From Squalus acanthias (Eukaryota): a stretch of 64,000 nucleotides of DNA. The first letter of the stretch is position 1. The number at the start of each line of letters is the position of its first letter. The stretch spans positions 186,001 to 250,000 of the forward strand of contig JASTWF010000034.1 in assembly GCA_030390025.1 (NCBI GenBank), read 5' to 3'. The notes beneath the pieces were generated by a model. The model searched no databases and was not told the DNA's origin. It saw only the letters and a list, made by a program, of their open reading frames with translations. A program made the position numbers and the translations under genes. Below are positions 58,457-64,000 of this stretch, in pieces.

Positions 58457-58495
58457 TTACAAGCTTTCGGAGCAGTTTGCTCCTTCGTCAGGTAA
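58457..58495 (-). ncRNA. Minimal hammerhead ribozyme of a second family, in a probable Penelope terminal fragment (about 58408-58678)
   Basis: Minus strand: TTAC-CTGACGA-A-GGAGCA aac TGCTCC-GAAA-GC-TT-GTAA, followed by AATAAA. Confidence 0.75.
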
Positions 58496-58679
58496 GTTAG
58501 CAGTGAGAGAATCTCCCAGAATTCACAATTTAAACACAGACAAAATATATTCAAATCTTTCCCTACATCAAAGAGCACAGCCAAGACAATGAGATGTGTC
58601 CCAGGGGGTCCAACGTGTCAAACCACCTGCTGGCTGCATATCCTGTCAATCTGTGTAGGTTCTTGTGTTAGTCTTTTAC

Positions 58680-59295
58680 GTGGCATAGAATACAAGAGCA
58701 GGGGATTTATGCTTCAACTGTATAAAACACTAGTTAGGCCTCAGCTAGAGTACTGCGTGCAATTCCGGTCACCACATTACAGGGAAGATGTGATTGCTCT
58801 CGAGAGGGTACAGAGCAGATTTACATGGATGTTGCCGGGAGTAGAGAATCGCAGCTATGAGGAAAGAGTGGATAGGCTGGGTTTGTTATCCTTGGTGCAG
58901 AGGAGGCTGAGGAGCGATCTTATTGAGGTATATAAAGTTATGAGGTGCCTAAATAAAGTGGATAGAATTGAACAATTTCCCTTAGCAGAGGGGTCAAGAA
59001 ACATTTGGCACAGATTTAAAGTAATTGGTGGAAGGTTTAGAGGGGATTTGAGGGAACATTTCTTCACCCAGAGGGTTGTGGGGGGTCTGGAACTCACTGC
59101 CTGAAACGGTGGTAGAGGCAGAAACCCTAACCACATTTAAAACGTACTTGGATGTGCACTTGGGATGCTGTAATCTGCAGAGCTAGGGACCAAGAGCTGG
59201 GAAGTGGGATTAGGCTGGATAGCTCTCTGTTGGCCGGTGCGGACACGGTGGGCCGAAATGGCCGCTTTCCGTGCTGTAACTTTCAATGGTTCTAT
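58680..59295 (+). mobile_element. CR1 3' part (continuation of the element interrupted at 57790)
   Basis: GIEYKSR..LVRPQLEYC..FFTQRVV plus tail. Confidence 0.88.
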
Positions 59296-59349
59296 GAAAT
59301 TGGACATGATAACCAATACACAGGGTAAAACTATTAGTTAATTGTTAAA

Positions 59350-60392
59350 CAAAAACAGAAAATGCTGGAAATACTCAGCAGGTCAGGCAGCATCTGTGGG
59401 GAGAGAAACAGAGTTAACATTTCAGGTCGATGACCCTTCGTCAGAACTGGAAAAAGCTGGAGATGGAACAAGTTTTTAAGCAAGTGCAGGGGCAGGGAAA
59501 GGGGGGATGGGAGGAAAGAACAAAAGTGAAGGTCGGTGAAAGGATGGAAGGCAGGAGAGATAAAGAGACATTAAAGGAGATTAAGTGATGGTACAAGGAA
59601 AAATAGATGGTATTGGGACACGTTAAGAAACAAAAGATGGCTCTAGATAAAGTGTAAATGGCACTGGCAGAATGAAAGAAAGCTGCCATGTGGGAGAGAG
59701 AAAAAAAATAAATGGGAAAAAAGGATAGGGGCAGAGGTTATGGTCTGAAATTGTTGAACTCTATTTTGAGTCCAGGAAGCTGTAAAGAGCCTAATCGAAA
59801 GATGAGGTGCTGTTCCTCGAGCTTACGTTGAACTTCATTGGAACAGTGTAAGAGGCCGAGGACGGTGAGATCTGAGTGGGAGTGGAGCGGAGAATTAAAG
59901 TGACAGGCGACCGGAAGCTCGGGGTCAAACTTACGGACTGAACGGCGGTGTTCCGCAAAGCAATCACCCAATCTGCGTTTGCTCTCCCAAGTGTAAAGGA
60001 GACCGCATCGTGAGCAACGAATACAGTATACTCAATTGCAAGAAGTACAAGTAAATCGCTGTTTCACCTGGAAGGAGTATTTGGGGCCCTGGACAGTGGG
60101 AAGTGGAGGTCAAAGGGCAGGTGTTGTATCTCCTGCGCTTGCACGGGTGCTGGGCAAAGGGAAAGGGGTGTTGGGGGTGATAGAGGAGTGGGCCAGGGTG
60201 ACGCGGATGCAGCGATCCCTTCGGAATGCTGAAAGTGGAGGTGAGGGAAAGATTTGTTTGCTGGTGGGATTACAATGGATGTGGCGGAAATTGCGGTGGA
60301 TGATCCGTTGAATCTGAAGGCTGGTGGCGTGAAAGCTGAGGACAAGGGGAACTCTATCGTGGTTCCTGGAGGGAGGGGTGGGGTGAGAGCAG
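59350..60392 (-). mobile_element. Penelope-like element 3' part (GIY-YIG) with hammerhead at 59412-59448
   Basis: Homologous to 27240-28260; GDCFAEH..EFNNFRP*; core CTGACGA..GAAA retained, stem III C>T. Confidence 0.9.
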
Positions 60393-62560
60393 AAGTTAAT
60401 TGTTAAATTGGGTATGATAACCAATACACAGGGTAAAACAGCTTAAGTAATTGTTAAATTGGGTATAATACACAAGGTAAAAGTGTTATACAGTTAATTG
60501 TTAAATTGGGTACGATAACCAATACAAAGGATAAAACTGTGACATTTAATTGTTAAATTGGGACTGATAACCAACACAGTTAAAACTGACAGGTAATTGT
60601 TAAATTGGGTATGATAACCAAACCACAGGGTAAAACTGTTGCAGGTATTTGTTAAATTGGGTATGATAACCAATACACAGGATAAAACTGTCACAGTTAA
60701 TTGTTAAATTGGGTATTATAACAATACACAGGGTAAAACTGTCACAGTTAATTGTTAAATTGGGTATGATAACAATACACAGGATAAAACTGTCACATTT
60801 AATTGTTAAATTGGGTATGATAACAATACACAGGATAAAACTGTCACAGTTAATTGTTAAATTGGGTATGATAACAATACACAGGATAAAACTGTCACAG
60901 TTAATTGTTAAGTTGGGTACGATAAACAATGCACAGGATAAAACTGTCAGTGAATTGTTAAATTGGGTATGATAACCAATGCACAGGATAAAACTGTCAA
61001 AAGTAATTTTTAAATTGGGTATGATAAGTAATACATAGGCTAAAACGGTTTCCTTTAATTGTTAAATTGGGTATGATAACAAATACACAGGGTAAATCTT
61101 TTTAAACAACCATAACACAAGGTGAAACTGTTACATTTAATTGTTAAATTGGGTATGATAGACAATACTGTAAGATTAGGATCACAGGTCACACACAGGT
61201 TACACAAAGGGTCTTCGGAGTTGTGAGGCTTTTTATTAAAGAGCTACAGTTTTAAAGCATAATCAGATATTACATGTGCTTTAAGCTAAGTATAATAGAC
61301 ATACAAGCACTGACTGTAGAGAGCGATCTACGACTCCGAAGCGGAATGCCACGACCGGACGAACGGTGAGGCAGTACGGTGGTCTCGGATTGGGTGGAAT
61401 CCTGCAGTCTGCGGCAGCGGTCTATTCCATTGGGTCATCATTCGAGCTGTTGGAGGTGTTAGGCTGTAAGCCACCTCAGAAGTTAAACTTGACCAATGTT
61501 TTCGGCCGTAGCCACCTCCGCGAAGCCTTCGCCCCTAACTGCCTGATTTCCTCTTTCGCTCGTCTATATTCATCGTTATTTCGGTGGGCTGGTGATTAAC
61601 TGGTGCCAATCATTTTTTGCCCATCCTATTGTCCAATTTCAAAGGAGAGACTTCCTATGACACCCCCCTCCCAGCCTCATGAGGTCAATTTCCACCTTAT
61701 CTCTGTTCTAAAGATCTTGTTGCCTTCTTGTAGACAGCTTGTTTACCCAACAGCTTCTTGCGGTATCCCGTATCATGCCTTGTTATGGCCACTCGAAGGC
61801 CTGATTCTGTTCTGACCTTGTAATTCAACTCTCTGTACAGCTGTTTTTCTGACGTGAATGGAATGTTTCTGTGTCATTAACTTAGGCAAACTGCTGATCT
61901 AGGGAACCCGTAACAGAATATTATTTCTTTCAATCCACGATTTGTAAAAATAGACAGGGTAAAACTGTTGCAGTTAATTGTTAAATTGCGTATGATAACC
62001 AATACACAGGGTTAAACTGTTACAGTTAATTGCTTAATTGGATATGGTAACCAACACGCAGGGTAAATCTATAACAGTTAATTGTTAACTTAGGTATGAT
62101 AATCAATACACAGGGTAAAACTGTTAGTTAATTGCTTAATTGGGCGCGATAAGGGGAATAAAGTTAAGTAATTGTTGAATTGAATATAAACAGCACACAT
62201 GCTAATTTAATTAGTTTATTGTTTAATTAGTATTTTAACGAGTGCGCAGTGTATAAAGCTACAGTTGTTAAATTGGAAAATTGGAAAAAAAACTAAAGTT
62301 AGTTCATTTATAAATTGACTATAATTATTAAACTGTCTTATAAAATTAGTTAATTTTTAAATTGGTGGCGATAACCTGTGCATGGAGTACAAAACTACAG
62401 TTAATTGTTTAATTGTAAATGATAATGAATTCACAAGGGAATAAATTTACAAATAATTGTCAAATCGGGCTTGATAATGCACAGGATAAAACTGTTGAAT
62501 TTAATCGTTATATTGGGCTTGATAACCAATACACCGGTGTGTAAAGTTTACTGTTAATTC
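60393..62560. repeat. 51-52-bp AT-rich satellite (begins near 59296), interrupted by Penelope and a solo LTR
   Basis: Unit GTTAATTGTTAAATTGGGTATGATAAC(C)AATACACAGGATAAAACTGTCACA. Confidence 0.92.
61169..61932 (-). mobile_element. Putative solo LTR (ERV-like)
   Basis: Interrupts the satellite; minus strand runs TGAAAG..CTTACA; AATAAA about 65 nt from the end; flanks ATAC/ATCC. Confidence 0.6.
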
Positions 62561-62584
62561 ATAAATTGGACATAAGCGATAAGC

Positions 62585-62850
62585 AACAACAACAACCTGA
62601 ATTTATATAGCACCTTTACCGCATTAAAACGTCTCAAGGCGCTCCACACGAGTGTATCAAACAACATTTGACACCGAGCCACGTAAGGATTTATTAGGGC
62701 AAATAATCAAAAGCTTGGTCAAAGAGGTAGGTTTTCAGGAGCGTCTTGATGGAGGAGAGAGAGGCAGAGAGGATTACGGATGGAATTCCAGTGCTGGGGC
62801 CCAGGCAGCTGAAAGCACGGCCACCAATAGTGGAGGAATTAAAATCAGGG
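62585..62850 (-). mobile_element. L2 3' fragment
   Basis: L2 tail; similar to 39860-40140. Confidence 0.7.
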
Positions 62851-63170
62851 ATACATTGAGAGGAACATTGAGAGAGATATTGACTGAAACGTAGAGAGTG
62901 ACATTGAGCGTGACATTGAGCGAGTCATTGGGAGGGACATTGGGAGGGACATTGGGAGGGACATTGGGAGGGACACTGGAGGGACATTGGGAGGACACTG
63001 AGATAGAGAGAGTCAGTCAGAGACAAAGAGAGAAAAAGAGAAACAAAGAGAGTGAGCATACAGAGAAATATAAACAGAGAGCCAGACAGACATCAGGGGG
63101 AGATCTATAGACAGCCAGAGAGAGAGAGAAAGAGACAGGCAGAGAGATACAGAGGAAAAAGAAAGACCGG
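62850..63170. repeat. 12-bp GGGACATTGGGA repeats and AG-rich low-complexity sequence
   Basis: Direct inspection. Confidence 0.75.
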
Positions 63171-63189
63171 GATAATTAGTGAGAGTTAG

Positions 63190-64000
63190 AATATAGGAAC
63201 ATAAGAAATATGAGCAGCAGTAGGCCTTTCGGCACATCGAGCCTGCTCCGCAATTCAATAAGATCATGGCCGATCTTGTACCTCAACTGTACTTTCCTGA
63301 ATTATTCCTATCTCCCTTGATTCCCTGAATACCCAAACATCTATCGATCTCTGTCTTGAATATACTCAGCGTCTGAGCCTCCACAGCCTGCTGGGGTAGA
63401 GAATTCCAAACATTCACCACCCTCTGAGTGAAGAAATTTCTCCTCATCTCAGTCCAAAGTGGCTGACCCCTTATTCTGAGACTGTGACCCCTGGTTCTAG
63501 ATACCCCAGCCAGGGGAAACATCCTCCCTGCATCTACCCTGTCAAGCCCTGTAAGAATTTTGTGTGTTTCAATGAGATCACCTCTCATTCTTCTAAACTC
63601 GAGAGAATATAGGCCAATCCCCCCATCCCAGGAACAAGTCTGGTGAACCTTCGTCGCACTCCCTCTTTGGCAACTATATCCTTCCTTAGGTAAGGAGAAC
63701 AAAACTGTACACAATCCTCTAGGTGTGGTCTCACCAGGGCCCTATATAATTGCAGTAAGACGTATTTACTCTTATACTAAAATCCACTTGGCCAATTCTA
63801 TAACGGTAAAATACCATTTGTTTTCCGAATTGCTTGCTCTACCTACATTTTAACTTTCAGTGATTCATGTACAAAGACACCCAGGTCCCTCTGAACACCA
63901 ACATTTCTCAACCTCTCGCCATTTAAAAATACTCTGCTTTTCTATTTTAGCTAACTTCACATTTCTCCACTTTATATTCCATTTGCAATGTTCTTGCCCA
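63190..64000 (-). mobile_element. CR1 3' part running off the window
   Basis: RGDLIETHK..FFTQRVVNVWNSLP plus tail. Confidence 0.9.

Overview
Eukaryotic, repeat-dense DNA. The repeat families (HE1/V-SINE, Deu-domain SacSINE1-like SINE, HER1/CR1 LINEs) point to a cartilaginous fish, probably a shark. Most of the window is nested LINE/SINE debris (CR1, L2, RTE, Tx1, Penelope-like) plus four tandem-repeat arrays. Host-gene content is limited to an exon-1-like segment of sepiapterin reductase, four KRAB-less C2H2 zinc-finger genes or pseudogenes (each next to a CpG island) with a relic of a fifth, and a duplicated promoter+exon unit. Three things stand out. (1) An intact, very young Gypsy LTR retrotransposon (50739-55218) has no tRNA-type primer binding site; the 11 nt after its 5' LTR are exactly complementary to an 11-mer inside the LTR, a Tf1-style self-priming signature in an element lacking a chromodomain. 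It also has a YLDN RT motif and a duplicated PPT/LTR edge. (2) Minimal hammerhead ribozyme motifs of two families occur, one demonstrably part of Penelope-like elements. (3) One zinc-finger array has expanded by tandem duplication of a finger pair. Boundaries of old repeats are approximate and were read by eye; no database searches were run.
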